DNA of 63,156 nucleotides, counting the filler, from Aduncisulcus paluster (Eukaryota), in NCBI GenBank assembly GCA_024181965.1. It is 15 parts of 15 records of this genome, joined end to end, with 100 filler letters (N's around TTAATTAATTAA, not from the genome) between each part and the next. Parts side by side here need not be neighbours in the genome. Positions count along the whole stretch, not along the records: positions 12,225 to 13,810 come from BQXS01010226.1; positions 13,911 to 19,799 come from BQXS01010227.1; positions 19,900 to 21,538 come from BQXS01010228.1; positions 21,639 to 25,958 come from BQXS01010229.1; 11 more parts are not named here. One strand, 5' to 3'. Under the pieces are notes generated by a model, which saw only the letters and a program-made list of their open reading frames with translations, made no database searches and was not told the DNA's origin. Shown piece after piece: positions 12,225-24,000 of the stretch (positions within the stretch are counted from its first letter, which is position 1; every line of letters starts with the position of its first letter). The position numbers and the translations under genes were made by a program.

Positions 12225-13810
12225 TTTCAGAGAAGGATTACAATTACCAATATATCTTGAATAATCTTCATTATAAGCCCCATTATTCTTGCACCATACC
12301 ATGTTGGCATCATATCTGGGAGATATGTGAAGAACAAGAGATGGAACAGTGGAGAACATGGAAAGGAGCATGGACCAGTATTTGGATCCCCATTCATGAT
12401 GTTTCCTCTTTATAACTTCAAACCACACATCAAGAAGATCATTAACATTATCATAGATTTCAACAGCATGTGAGGAATCGCAACATAGGTTGGAGAAGAA
12501 GAATAGAACATGTTCTTGCATATCCTCAACAATCTTATCCCCAACAAACTCTTTCTTAACAACATCAAGAACAGGGTGGAAGAGAGGCCAAGCTTCAGAA
12601 CAAAGGGATTTCTCATGAATTGAATTATCACTTGAGAGGGTGATTTTTGAAAGAATAATCATCAATCTTCCATAACACTTACTATTGTTGTATATCCTCA
12701 ACCAATCTCTGATATATGGTTTGATGAGGGTGAGAATAGAAGATCGAGTGGAAAATGAACGAAAATTAGAGATGTTACATATAGTATTTAATAAATCCCG
12801 AGCAACATTCCCTCCCAACTTTTTCTTACTTCCTCTCTCAAGAATACGTTGGAAAGTGGGGGAGATCTTTGGAAGGAAGGAATCCCTTTTATCTTTAACT
12901 TTGTGAGTATAATTCACACAAATCATACAATAATCTCCATCAACATCTCCTTCCAACACTTCCTCACATCTTGATAGATGATCAATGAAAGTGTCAATGA
13001 GATCATTCAGATCAGGAATAGAAAGATAGATATTATTTCCAGAAATATCATGTCCAACAAATGATTTCCAAAACTCAGAAATATTTGCAAAAATATCATG
13101 ACAAACAAACCATTGTAAACACTGGACACAAAAAACAATCTCTTTCTTATGCTCTTCAATCTGAATCTTTGATTTGAAAGCAAGGAAGACAGAAAGAGCT
13201 TCATCTCGATGTTCATGGTAGAGTTTGGAAGTGGATTCTGAGTCAGGGGATTTCTTGATAGATTCAACTAATTTTGACCATTTCAGAGAAGGATAGCAGT
13301 TATCGAGATATCTTGAATAATCTTCTATACGCCAACCCCCATTATTCTTGCACCATTCCATGTTGGCATCATATCTGGGAGATATGTGAGGAACAAGAGA
13401 TGGAACAGTGGAGAACATGGAAATGAGATTGGACCAGTATTTGATTCCCCATTCATGTCCTTCCTTCTTTATAACTATAAACCACCCATCAAGAAGATTC
13501 TTAACATTATCATAGACTTCAACAGCATGTGATGGATCACAACATAAGTTGGAGAAGAATAATAAAACCCATTCGTGCTCATCCCCAACAATCTTATCCC
13601 CAACAAACTCTCTCTTAACAACATCAAGAACAGGGTGGAAGAGAGGCCAAGCTTCAGAACACATGGATTTGTTGGGGGTTGAATTATCACTTAAGAAGGT
13701 GATTTTTGATAGAATAGCCATCCATTGCCCATAACACTCACTATCATTGTATATCCTCAACCAATCTCTGATATATGGTTTGATAAGGGTGAAAATAGAA
13801 GATCGAGTGG
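12225..13810 (-). CDS. Fragment of a lineage-specific alpha-helical tandem-repeat protein (~355-aa unit)
   Basis: Open across the contig. The motif CSEAWPLFHPVLDVVK.EFVGDKIV..FFSNLCCD..MFSTVPSLV occurs twice, ~1065 nt apart. Paralogous to 28462..32657. Confidence 0.8.
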
Positions 13811-13910
13811 NNNNNNNNNNNNNNNNNNNNNNNNNNNNNNNNNNNNNNNNNNNNTTAATTAATTAANNNNNNNNNNNNNNNNNNNNNNNNNNNNNNNNNN
13901 NNNNNNNNNN

Positions 13911-16300
13911 GGGAAGAGGTTGAAGATCTCAGGATAAAAATTAAAAAACAAAGCAAAGCCGTGGAAAGTTTTGTTCATAATAATTTTATTGAATACGTGT
14001 CAACCTTAGAAGGAACCAAAAGAATACATGAAAAAATTTCAGGGAAGATAAAATCATTTCAATCATCGTTTGATTCTCTATATTTTGGAGTGGAAAAGGT
14101 GTATAACATAAAGCATGAAGAGATGATCAAAAAAGAAGAGGAAGAAGAAATAACTCGTAAAAAAAAGCGATCAATTATGAATTCCCTACTTTCATTTGCT
14201 CAAGAAGGGCAGGCACTTAGATTTTTTCAACTTTGTTCGTCTAGTACCCTTCAAGAGGACGAAATACAATTAGTCGAATTTTACAAGGAATTTGTCGAAT
14301 CCTGTCTTGTTGATCCCCATAAAAAACGAAAAACATTCAGACTTTTTGTGCAAAAGCCTCTTGAAGAAGCTGATAATGAGGTTGATTCATCGGTATCTTT
14401 CCCTCCCCCTTCCTTGCCACGATTTTCTTCTTTTTCATCAGTGTTCTCAACACATCTTATTCCAAGACTCTCTTTATGTTCATATTTTCCGGCCCATGTC
14501 CTAGTAGCCCTTATTGATAGAGAAAATGAACTCGTCAATTCGAAAATCTCCTCTTATTTATCATCATTTGTCAAGAAGGCTGGGATATACCCCACTCAGA
14601 ATTCAAATCCCATTGTTTATGTCAAGAATGTCTGTTCTAGTCTATGTGAAGCCTTTCACGCCCATTATAGAAGGACCCATAAACAGGCCAACTCTCTGGC
14701 TGATTTTATAATGATATCATCGGAGCTTGATGCCAAGATAACCTCTCTCATTCATTTCCTTTCGTCGTGCATGTACTCCGTCTGTGTCGGAGTTTGTGAG
14801 TCTGTTGTTGACGCCGATGTTGATGAATCCGTAATCACACTCATCACCTCTGTTACGCAGGTATACAGCGAGTTTCTCAAGCATTTCCTTGCTCTTCCCT
14901 CGTATTTTGAGTCCGAATTTAGGGTATGTCGATGTGTGGAAGATGTCTTGGCAAACGCTTCCCATACATTGTACAAACTGAAAAAACGGTTGCGAAGGAT
15001 CTCCTTGCCATCCAGTGGGTCACAGCCTCGCCGCTACGAATTGGCAGTCAAATGCAAGGATTACACCAAACAGTGCATGTTTACAATGATTCGGTTTATC
15101 AAACCTCACATAAAAAACTTCTTTTCATCTTTGTCCACTGTTTCCCAATGTGTTTCCTTCACACTCCCTTGTATTGATTGTCCTTCATTCTCATTGATTC
15201 TGACATCATCCTTGCCATTTAGCACCTATTCGCAACATGTGTGTGAAAGCATCAACTTATTCATGCACAATGATGCCAATGCTTTCTCTTCAAGTTCAGT
15301 CAATCCCGAGGATCTTGTTTTGTTTGGAGGGGATTATTATCTTCGAACTCAACACTCACCTTTCAACAGTTCTTTCTATCGTTTCTGCAACATTCAACGT
15401 GATCTCATGACCTTTTTATCTTCAACCATATCCCACGCTGGGACTAAATACTGCGGGGCTTCTCCTTTCCTTGTGTTTGCCCTGATCAACTACATTTCTA
15501 ATATCATTGCTAAAATTCATCCCGAGGAGATCCCTCGAACAGAAGTGAGAGAGATTTTTGAGAAAGTATTTTTAACTTTCTCAGATGGAATTGTATGTGC
15601 TTCTGAGAGCATTTCTATGTATGATAGCTTGGATGGAATTGTTAGTTTTGGCTCTGAGAGTATCCCAAAGCCACATTCAGAGCTTGTCCTCTCTTGTGCT
15701 GCTCTATCCGTTGCTTCAATTGTTATTCCTGTGTCCGTATGCATGTGTGGAAACTTATTCCGGCTATCTAGCAAGAATGAGGAAGAGTGTATGGCCTTTT
15801 TAAGCAGGATAACAGAACCTCCACCGGCACCTTCATTATCCAGTCTCTCCATGTGCCGTGATGTTGAGATCAGCGATCAAGGAAATCCTCTGGCTTCATT
15901 GTCGGCTGACCATACGCCATCTTCGGCAAGGCACCGGCATTCTGTCGGTTTCCGCCGAGGTCAACCATCAAGAGGACTGTCGATGATCGATATAGCACAT
16001 GCTGGTGCATCTTCTGCCTCAACCCATGGCAGTTCAGCATCGGCCCCTGGGTCTTCTTTCTCTCAAAGTCCCCTAACTCCTCGGATAGCCACCAGAATAC
16101 TCCAGGATAGAGCTCGTTGTGTGCTTGAATGTGTGAATGCCTCCGAACTTGTTCTACAATCATGGTTAAAGAGAGCGTGCGTTAAATATATTGGAGTGCA
16201 GTGTGTTATTGAGAAATTGGAGATGATGGTTGATGCTTTCGCTCCAATTCAATCTCATTCAATGCTTGTGAAAAGAATCAAAGCTTATTTTGGAGCTTAA
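13911..16300 (+). CDS. Large helical protein, 5' truncated; possibly a CATCHR tethering subunit (exocyst Sec5/Vps51-like)
   Basis: 779+ aa ORF open at the contig start. The N-terminal VESFVHNNFIEYVSTLEGTKRIHEKI resembles the Sec5/Vps51-type LVxxNFxxFV motif; the family assignment is tentative. Confidence 0.55.
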
Positions 16301-16682
16301 TCTAATCATTAAAATACACCGCAGTAGCAATAATTGTGATGCTGATACTTTTGGAATATCTTTTTATCTGGTAATAAATATTTTTTGTTTATATACGCAT
16401 GTATAATGATCAGATTATATTTAGATTGTCTAGCCATACAAAACACTTGTAACCTAAAAAATTAATGGGTACAAATTATCATTATATTACTATTCATCAT
16501 GATATTTATCAACAAAAGTATATTTTGCCAATTAGGAAACTTAATTGCTTGTTTTTGGCCAGTTATAGTGATATTCATTCTTTCAAGTTATTTTTAATTG
16601 CTCTTTTTTACATAATAATTAACATTTAAAATAGATATATCATACAATTCCATATACACAGAGTATTTTCCAACAATTCGTA

Positions 16683-19600
16683 ATGATTAACTTTTATCAG
16701 TGTTTTGCAAATTTTTCTTCCTTCATTCGGACAAATATTTCATTAAAATTATATAGGCCATCTGATTCAGTATGGAGTTTCGCTCTAAATATTTTCCCTA
16801 TCTTGTTTCAAATCATTTTTCTATCTTGCCTAATTGACGTTTCATGTGATGATCTTTCTGATGATAGTACTCCTGTTGTAACAAATCCCAATAATTATGC
16901 GTATAATATCGAAATATCCAACTATTTCTTGAAGAGAGAAATGTGTCATTATTTTAAAAAGACTAGCAATTGTTCTTTGACTGTTGAAGATACAAGACAT
17001 GTTAATGGATTATTTTCTGTTAATAGCATGTTTCTTGAGAGTTTGGATGGGATTCAGCATATGAAATCTGCCACTGCTCTTGATTTTTCAGATTGTTATT
17101 TTATTGAGGATCTTTCACCTTTGAGCGGTCTTTTGAATCTCAAAGAACTATATTTAGGTAATAATTCAATCGTTGATGTGTCTCCTCTTGCCTCTCTTGT
17201 CAATCTGGAGGTATTACATCTTGAGATGAATTACATATCATCGATCGAAGCCCTCAGCAATCTAACCAAGCTTCGTGAGATCAAAATATATCGAAATTCT
17301 TTCGCAGATCTGACTCCAATATTTCATAATGTATTTTTGCACACCCTAGAGCTCATATTCCATGCCTACCACGTCTCTCTGTGTCACTATGAGGATGAAG
17401 ACGAGAAGATAACTGGATTACACGAGATATTCCCCATGTTGGGATACAATGATGATTCTTCGGTTATGTTGGGACTCTTTACCTGCTCTCTATTCGGTAG
17501 CGTTGGTGGAGACTGTAGTTCGATGGGAACGATGTTCTGTCCTTCACTGCTGAACAATGAGATTGCAAATTCAAACTCTTTTCCTCCCTTTAAGATCTGC
17601 GGGAGTAATGGTCTAACTGATAATTCTGGAGGAATGACCGTAATATGCCATGCTATCCATGATTCATTGCTTAGAGCTAAGCTATGCGAGTTGTACAACG
17701 GGGAAGGGACAAGCGAGGATTGTTTCTTGTCTGTTGCTAACCTACGGACAATAACTGGTCTTCTTGACCTCTCTGATATTGCTGCTGATATGACGTCCCT
17801 CCGCGGGCTTGAATACCTCACTGGCATTTATGGTCTTGTATTGGATGGCTATGACTTGAGTGGAGATACCGATGATAATAAGTTTGATCGTCTTGTCATT
17901 AAGACTTTGTTGGCAACAGATCCAAATACCCTATTCGTGTTTGGATTGCAGTATCTTTCCCTTAATAACTGTTCAATTCAATCATTAGATGATATTTTCA
18001 ACCCTTATGACCAGTATTCGTTGAGAAAATTGTATCTCAGTGGTAATAACATTTCAGATATTTCGCCAATAATGTCAGCCTTCTCCAATATGACGCATAA
18101 ACTGTCCCATCTCGACATCAGTAATAACAATATATGTGGCTCTGAGGATGTTCTGTTCTACGATATCATGACAGATGTTTTTATCAACTTGCAATCGTTT
18201 GTTTTCGAGACACAGACATGTTTGTGCAGTTCAGATGCATATGCCGAACACTTATTCAGGTATAACATGACATGCAGGGAAGTATTTGATGGTAACTTCC
18301 AGACAGAATGTATGGTGGGATATTATTGGGACGGTATCACATCATCGTGCTTGCTTGATGATACTGATGGGAAAGTTTGTTCTATATGTGAGTACGAATC
18401 GAACAAGAAATGCATTAAGTCTGTTGGAGCTACTGTTCCCACATGTGCTTGTCGTGTTGGTTTTGGTGGTGATGATTGCTCTGAGTATGCATGTGTTAGT
18501 GATGCTTATTCCAACATCTGTGGAGGTGGAGAATGTGTTGAACCCACCGATGAAGAGGAAGGGGAAGAGTCTATTGGGTATCATCAGTGTGATTGCAGCT
18601 CGTTGCTCGGCTATGGCGGTGATTCTTGTGATGTTCTCCAATGTGTTGACGATTGTGGAGAGGGTGGTTCATGTGTTCTGCAAGAGGGTAGTCTGTCAAG
18701 GTGGCATTGTGAGTGTAATGAAGGGTGGGAGAGTTCATCCGTTGTGAAAGATCGATTTGATATTGTTTATCCCATTACGTCGTGGAAATACCATTCCCTG
18801 ATTGCCTCCTCCTCTTCTTTCCTCTCTGGAGAGTACTGTATGTCTAAATGTAACTCTGGAGAAGGCTGTGGGAGTTATGGTACATGTGTGTTTGACTCCG
18901 ATTCCTCAGATCTTAGCATTGAAAACCCTTCAAACTTTAATGAAGCTGTGGGCCCCTCATATGAAGCCTGGACGTGTGAGTGCTCGAGTGATTCGTACAT
19001 GGATAGTTCAACTGCCCAGTGCGTGTATGCGGGTGGTGATGACCAGGAATGCCAAGGATGTGTTGAAGGACAGGGTCAATGTAAGATTGTGAAGGATAGT
19101 TCGATCACTGTGACCCCATTTGTAATGGGAGCTTATGTAATTTACTGTCAATGTGGTGATGGATGGTATGGTGATACTTGTGAGGAAGTGTGTCCAGTGA
19201 GCGATGATGGAGTTCTTTGTGGAGATGATGTCGCCGAGTGTGTTGCTGAGACACATGAGTGTATTTGTCCATCGGACACTCATTTCAGCTCCATTGGAGG
19301 GTGGTGTGTCGATGCTGGAGAGAATTGTGATGGATGTGTGCATGGATCGTGTATTATTGGGGATGGAAATGGAATGTGTGAATGTGAGTATGGCTGGGGT
19401 GGATACATGTGTGAAGTGGACGTTTGTGGCGTAGATACAGTGGAAGAAGGGGAAGGAGAAGAAGAATCTGTTGTATGTGGGGGGCATGGTGAATGTGTTC
19501 TTAATGATAAAATGTCATTCATTTTTGGTACCTACTCCTATTATGCTTGTTCTTGTGACGATCTGTGGCATGGCGAGTTATGCACATATCCATACAGGGC

Positions 19601-19772
19601 TTGGATAATATGGATGCGCCGAGGCGCAATAGTGTTCTCTTCTCTCTTGGTTATCGCTTCGGGAGTCTTTTGGTTCGTTCGAAGAAGGAAGAAAAGGTTC
19701 CAAAATGGTTTGGTTGAGCAAAGATCTCGTTCTGAGTCACCATGCCCTCGGGATATTCCTCCCTTATGTTAA
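16683..19772 (+). CDS. Single-pass surface protein: internalin-like leucine-rich repeats, Cys-rich EGF-like repeats, TM helix and short basic tail
   Basis: LKELYLGNNSIVDVSPLASLVNLEVLHLEMNYISSI repeats; CxCxxGWxGxxC EGF motifs; TM AIVFSSLLVIASGVFWFV followed by RRRKKR. Confidence 0.9.
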   Translation: MINFYQCFANFSSFIRTNISLKLYRPSDSVWSFALNIFPILFQIIFLSCLIDVSCDDLSDDSTPVVTNPNNYAYNIEISNYFLKREMCHYFKKTSNCSLTVEDTRHVNGLFSVNSMFLESLDGIQHMKSATALDFSDCYFIEDLSPLSGLLNLKELYLGNNSIVDVSPLASLVNLEVLHLEMNYISSIEALSNLTKLREIKIYRNSFADLTPIFHNVFLHTLELIFHAYHVSLCHYEDEDEKITGLHEIFPMLGYNDDSSVMLGLFTCSLFGSVGGDCSSMGTMFCPSLLNNEIANSNSFPPFKICGSNGLTDNSGGMTVICHAIHDSLLRAKLCELYNGEGTSEDCFLSVANLRTITGLLDLSDIAADMTSLRGLEYLTGIYGLVLDGYDLSGDTDDNKFDRLVIKTLLATDPNTLFVFGLQYLSLNNCSIQSLDDIFNPYDQYSLRKLYLSGNNISDISPIMSAFSNMTHKLSHLDISNNNICGSEDVLFYDIMTDVFINLQSFVFETQTCLCSSDAYAEHLFRYNMTCREVFDGNFQTECMVGYYWDGITSSCLLDDTDGKVCSICEYESNKKCIKSVGATVPTCACRVGFGGDDCSEYACVSDAYSNICGGGECVEPTDEEEGEESIGYHQCDCSSLLGYGGDSCDVLQCVDDCGEGGSCVLQEGSLSRWHCECNEGWESSSVVKDRFDIVYPITSWKYHSLIASSSSFLSGEYCMSKCNSGEGCGSYGTCVFDSDSSDLSIENPSNFNEAVGPSYEAWTCECSSDSYMDSSTAQCVYAGGDDQECQGCVEGQGQCKIVKDSSITVTPFVMGAYVIYCQCGDGWYGDTCEEVCPVSDDGVLCGDDVAECVAETHECICPSDTHFSSIGGWCVDAGENCDGCVHGSCIIGDGNGMCECEYGWGGYMCEVDVCGVDTVEEGEGEEESVVCGGHGECVLNDKMSFIFGTYSYYACSCDDLWHGELCTYPYRAWIIWMRRGAIVFSSLLVIASGVFWFVRRRKKRFQNGLVEQRSRSESPCPRDIPPLC

Positions 19773-19899
19773 TTTCTCATCATTCTGATTGTCGCACATN
19801 NNNNNNNNNNNNNNNNNNNNNNNNNNNNNNNNNNNNNNNNNNNTTAATTAATTAANNNNNNNNNNNNNNNNNNNNNNNNNNNNNNNNNNNNNNNNNNNN

Positions 19900-20518
19900 C
19901 ATTGGAGGCGGTATTCTGATCTTCAACATCATTCTCGTTCCCGTCATCATTGCTGTCCTAGCTGTGACCCGTGTGAAGAATGTTGGAAAGACCATTCCCA
20001 TGATGGACGGTCTTAAGGATGGTTTCACCTGGTTCTTGGTTGGTTTGCTTGTTTTCAGACAACTGTTGCAGATCCTTGTTGAGGTTGTCGATGGAGGCAC
20101 CATCCAAATCCTTGGTATTGCCATTCTCCTCATTATGGCCAGAGTTGTGTTCTGGAAGTTCGGTCCATTCGATAAGTCTGGAGAGAACAACACCATGATC
20201 TGGTCGTTTGATATTCTTGTCTTGAGCTACCTCACCTTGGGTCTTGGTCAGACCTTGAAGAGTACCCCTGGTGGCGATTGGCTGTTCTACATTTTTGTGG
20301 GTATTTCCATCCTGTTCAATGTTATCTTCTTGATTCTGATGATCATTAACATGACCTCGTATGTGAAATTAGCCGCTGCCAAAAAGCTTCGTGATGCCAT
20401 GAAGGCTGGGAAGGCGAAGCTGTTGAACATTAACAAAGATGAAAAGAAGGATGAAAATAAGCCAGAAAAGAAGGAAGAAAAGAAGTCCTCTTTCTGGAAG
20501 AGGAAGGAGAAGAAATGA
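19900..20518 (+). CDS. Multi-pass membrane protein, C-terminal part (5' truncated)
   Basis: Open frame from the contig edge with about 5 hydrophobic segments and a Lys/Glu-rich tail ending at TGA 20518. Confidence 0.7.
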
Positions 20519-21054
20519 ACAGGTAATTCATAAGATTGTATATCTATGAATATTCTTTGTTCTCCTTTATTTTCATTACTTTTATATCTTGTTTTTAATC
20601 CTATTTTATTTTTTTTTGCTGTTGTTGTGCCAAATATATCCTCATTCCCTCCCGAAGTTAAGATCCAATACTACGGTATAGTATTATATTCCCATTATTT
20701 ATTGACCCACCTACCTTGTTCCTCCAGACCTACCAACCTGGTACCTTTTGATTAATTCATCTTTAATTCATTGATGTGGGAAAAATTATAAATCGAATAT
20801 CCTACATCCCAAAAATATTTTTTAAATTCCGATTATATCTATATCACATTTCTTTTTTATATGAGCTGTAATTTTTGACCTTTTTTTACTTTTAAGTTAC
20901 CTAATAAATTCCACTCCTTAGATCAGATCCATCACCGGGGGCATCGCCGGCTGTTCGGCCCTGCTGTAAGCAAAATTCTTCATCAGCACTACAACAGCTG
21001 CAGTGCTGGTCTAAACTTGGTTTTGAACCAGAAACAAATTTATTACGCACCAAA

Positions 21055-21538
21055 ATGAGGCTGATTTTTGTCCTTTTTTGTGTCTTTTTGTTTTTTTCTA
21101 TTTTTTCACCCGCCCTTTCATATGTAGTCACTGCTGCCAACAGAACATGTAGCTCTTCCAATTGTGACATCATGATTCAGTTTGCTACAGCTTGTGCCAG
21201 TGCTTCTGCAGCCATGACCGAATTAGTTTTTACGAATTCCACCACGGATCCCATTGTATTTGACACATCCGTGTCTATGCTTTGTAATTCTGCCCAATAT
21301 CCCCTTATTGTCTCCTTTGAATCCGAAGTTGAGTTCATGAAGTCCGCGACCCTGAAGAATTTCACGTTTGCAGGAGATGGTAATAGTGACATTACATTTT
21401 ACGGTGCCACCACCTTGCAAGACCTTTCCATCAGTAATGCCAAGATTAAGATTGCCAAATCTGATGATCCTTTGGTTCTTAGAGATGTTTCTATCACGTC
21501 TTCACAGGTTCGTGTTTCCTACCCTTCCTTGATCCCTT
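21055..21538 (+). CDS. Secreted/surface protein with signal peptide (beta-rich), 3' truncated
   Basis: Signal-like N-terminus MRLIFVLFCVFLFFSIFSPALS, then an Asn/Thr/Ser-rich beta-type sequence. Confidence 0.7.
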
Positions 21539-21638
21539 NNNNNNNNNNNNNNNNNNNNNNNNNNNNNNNNNNNNNNNNNNNNTTAATTAATTAANNNNNN
21601 NNNNNNNNNNNNNNNNNNNNNNNNNNNNNNNNNNNNNN

Positions 21639-22420
21639 GGTCAAATATGATTGTTATAGAAATCAAAATGTTCCAATCTGGAATGTTTCTTGATGATTGT
21701 GTGGTTTTTGGTTCTCTTTACAGTATAGTGGCTGACTTCCCACAGCGTGCATCATTTGCAGGAACTCCTCATGGAGGTAATTATCCGTGTTCGCAATGTG
21801 AGATAACTGGTTTGCAACTTCATTATGGTTTGGCTGGAAAGAGAAGGTATAGTTATATAAGAGGAAGAACATATCCTTTCAATGGGATCAATTTTAACCC
21901 ATTCATACACATGGATGGTTATCCACTTCATATGGAAAATATTGGTGTCCTAGGGAGATATACGATTCCTCTGCTCAGATCAATGCTTAACACAACTCAA
22001 AGAGATTGTATAGACTATACTGTGAGGTGAAAAGGATGTTAGCCTTTGAAACAGAGAGAGCTCTGACAACTCCTCAACAACCTACACCGCAACAAAGGAC
22101 TGTACTTCGCAAGAGATGCTCATATGCCAAGGTAGCATACCCCCCCATTGGAGGATGTTCAGGAACGTGTCTCAAAAAATTTCTGATTAGGTTTGGGAAC
22201 CTACACACGATGGTGCACGAGCTCTTGTGGAGTTCGCTAACAAACAAGGATTCAAAGATGCTCATTCACTGGACTTATTATCGATTGTCGATTCTTCTGA
22301 TAAATGGTTCCTGCCCACCCCTATACGCAAAAAATTTAAAAATGGTATCAAGGTTGTTGGAATTATTTTTGTTATTTTACCATGAATATCCCCAATCCCG
22401 CCTTCTAAATCGCATTTGAA
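21639..22420 (+). pseudogene. Decayed CMC-superfamily (CACTA/Plavaka-like) DDE transposase, copy 1
   Basis: SIVADFPQRASFAG..YPCSQC (D at 21734, CxxC 21788-21799) and PLHMENIG, followed by a stop/frameshift at ~22030. Confidence 0.7.
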
Positions 22421-23159
22421 AAATACCAGCAAAGAACTTAAAACAAAAATTTTGACACTACTTTCCCCTCCTTTAGAACATTTTTGTGATTATTCCAATC
22501 CGTTGGGAGATGAATTTGGCCCACAAACAGACTTTGATGAACCAAGTTCACTAGGTTCTATTTTTCGATCTGAGAAAAATTTGGCCATTGCTTCAATAAG
22601 TGCTCTCTCTCGCCAAATATCTCAAACTAATGCATTATTTTCAGACATACCTCTCTCTGAAGAGTTCGAAATTCCTTCCCCCCTATTCAAAGTTGAAAAT
22701 AGCCGATATAAAATCATTGATGGACATATAACANNNNNNNNNNNNNNNNNNNNCCTCCTTTAGAACATTTTTGTGATTATTCCAATCCGTTGGGAGATGA
22801 ATTTGGCCCACAAACAGACTTTGATGAACCAAGTTCACTAGGTTCTATTTTTCGATCTGAGAAAAATTTGGCCATTGCTTCAATAAGTGCTCTCTCTCGC
22901 CAAATATCTCAAACTAATGCATTATTTTCAGACATAACTCTCTCTGAAGAGTTCGAAATTCCTTCCCCCCTATTCAAAGTTGAAAATAGCCGATATAAAA
23001 TCATTGATGGACATATAACATTCTTTTTGGAAAGTAGAAGAAAAATAAACCATGGAGATGGTATGTCTAGATTCACAATGAATATTCTTGGAGATAATTG
23101 AATCTTTGGGAAAAAGCGATCAGGTTATGGATGTCATCTCAGAAAAAGATTCTATGAAC

Positions 23160-24000
23160 TGAATTGTACATCAAGTCATCCTCTACTCTTGCTAATTTGT
23201 CTTTCTTCTTCTCTTCTAACCTCAAACCCCTCTCCCAAATGACGGCTGGATCATGGATGGATGAAATATATGGAAGACATATAACGATAACAGACTTCAA
23301 GAAAGGGATATCTGAAGTTGCATTCAGTAATGATTACAGGACAGAACATCAAAGTTGGGATATGGCTTTACATTCGAACAAAAAGAACCAACAGGTTCTC
23401 AGGAACAAAAAAGGTTCCATTCAAATGCGGTAAATCTCGGAATTCAGTGTTTACAGTTTAGAGAAACAGTGATCACCAAAACAAGATCCACTCTTCACCA
23501 AGGAAAATTTTGTTGGCACGATGGGAGATTATTTCACATTGAATCAAAAAATAATTGCCAGGAATATTTATATTATATATTGATGTCTGGGAAGTCCACA
23601 ATGGTCAACCTTCCAAGGGCTGAGAAGGCAAGTTTTCGAGGCATCACTGAAGTAAGCAACTTCCACCCAGACATGCTCTCAGTGATGACATCGAAATTTG
23701 TGAATGATATGATTTTCCTCCAGAGTGGGATCGACACAATAGAAGTGAGGAGGAGAAGAATGCTTGGTCATCGGTATGTTGGAGTCGATGGTTGTCGACA
23801 GTCCACAACGAGCCAAAGACAGCGGAATGCCCATTGGGGGGTGCATTACACCATGTTTTCATTGCATGGCAAGAGGAAAGAAAGTTCTGCTTGGTGATTG
23901 CAGGACGTCAAGACCCGATCTCAGAGGAACCATAAGAGCTACCCAAACTTGCTCTTTGACGTCCGCTATCATGAAGTTATGTGCACTCGTTATTACTCTC
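23160..24000 (+). pseudogene. Decayed CMC-superfamily DDE transposase, copy 2 (frameshifted)
   Basis: Motifs spread over different frames: FILYIDVW (D at 23582), FVNDMIFLQSGI, MVVDSPQRA (D at 23797) and TPCFHC (23854-23865). Collinear with 34630..36173. Confidence 0.6.
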
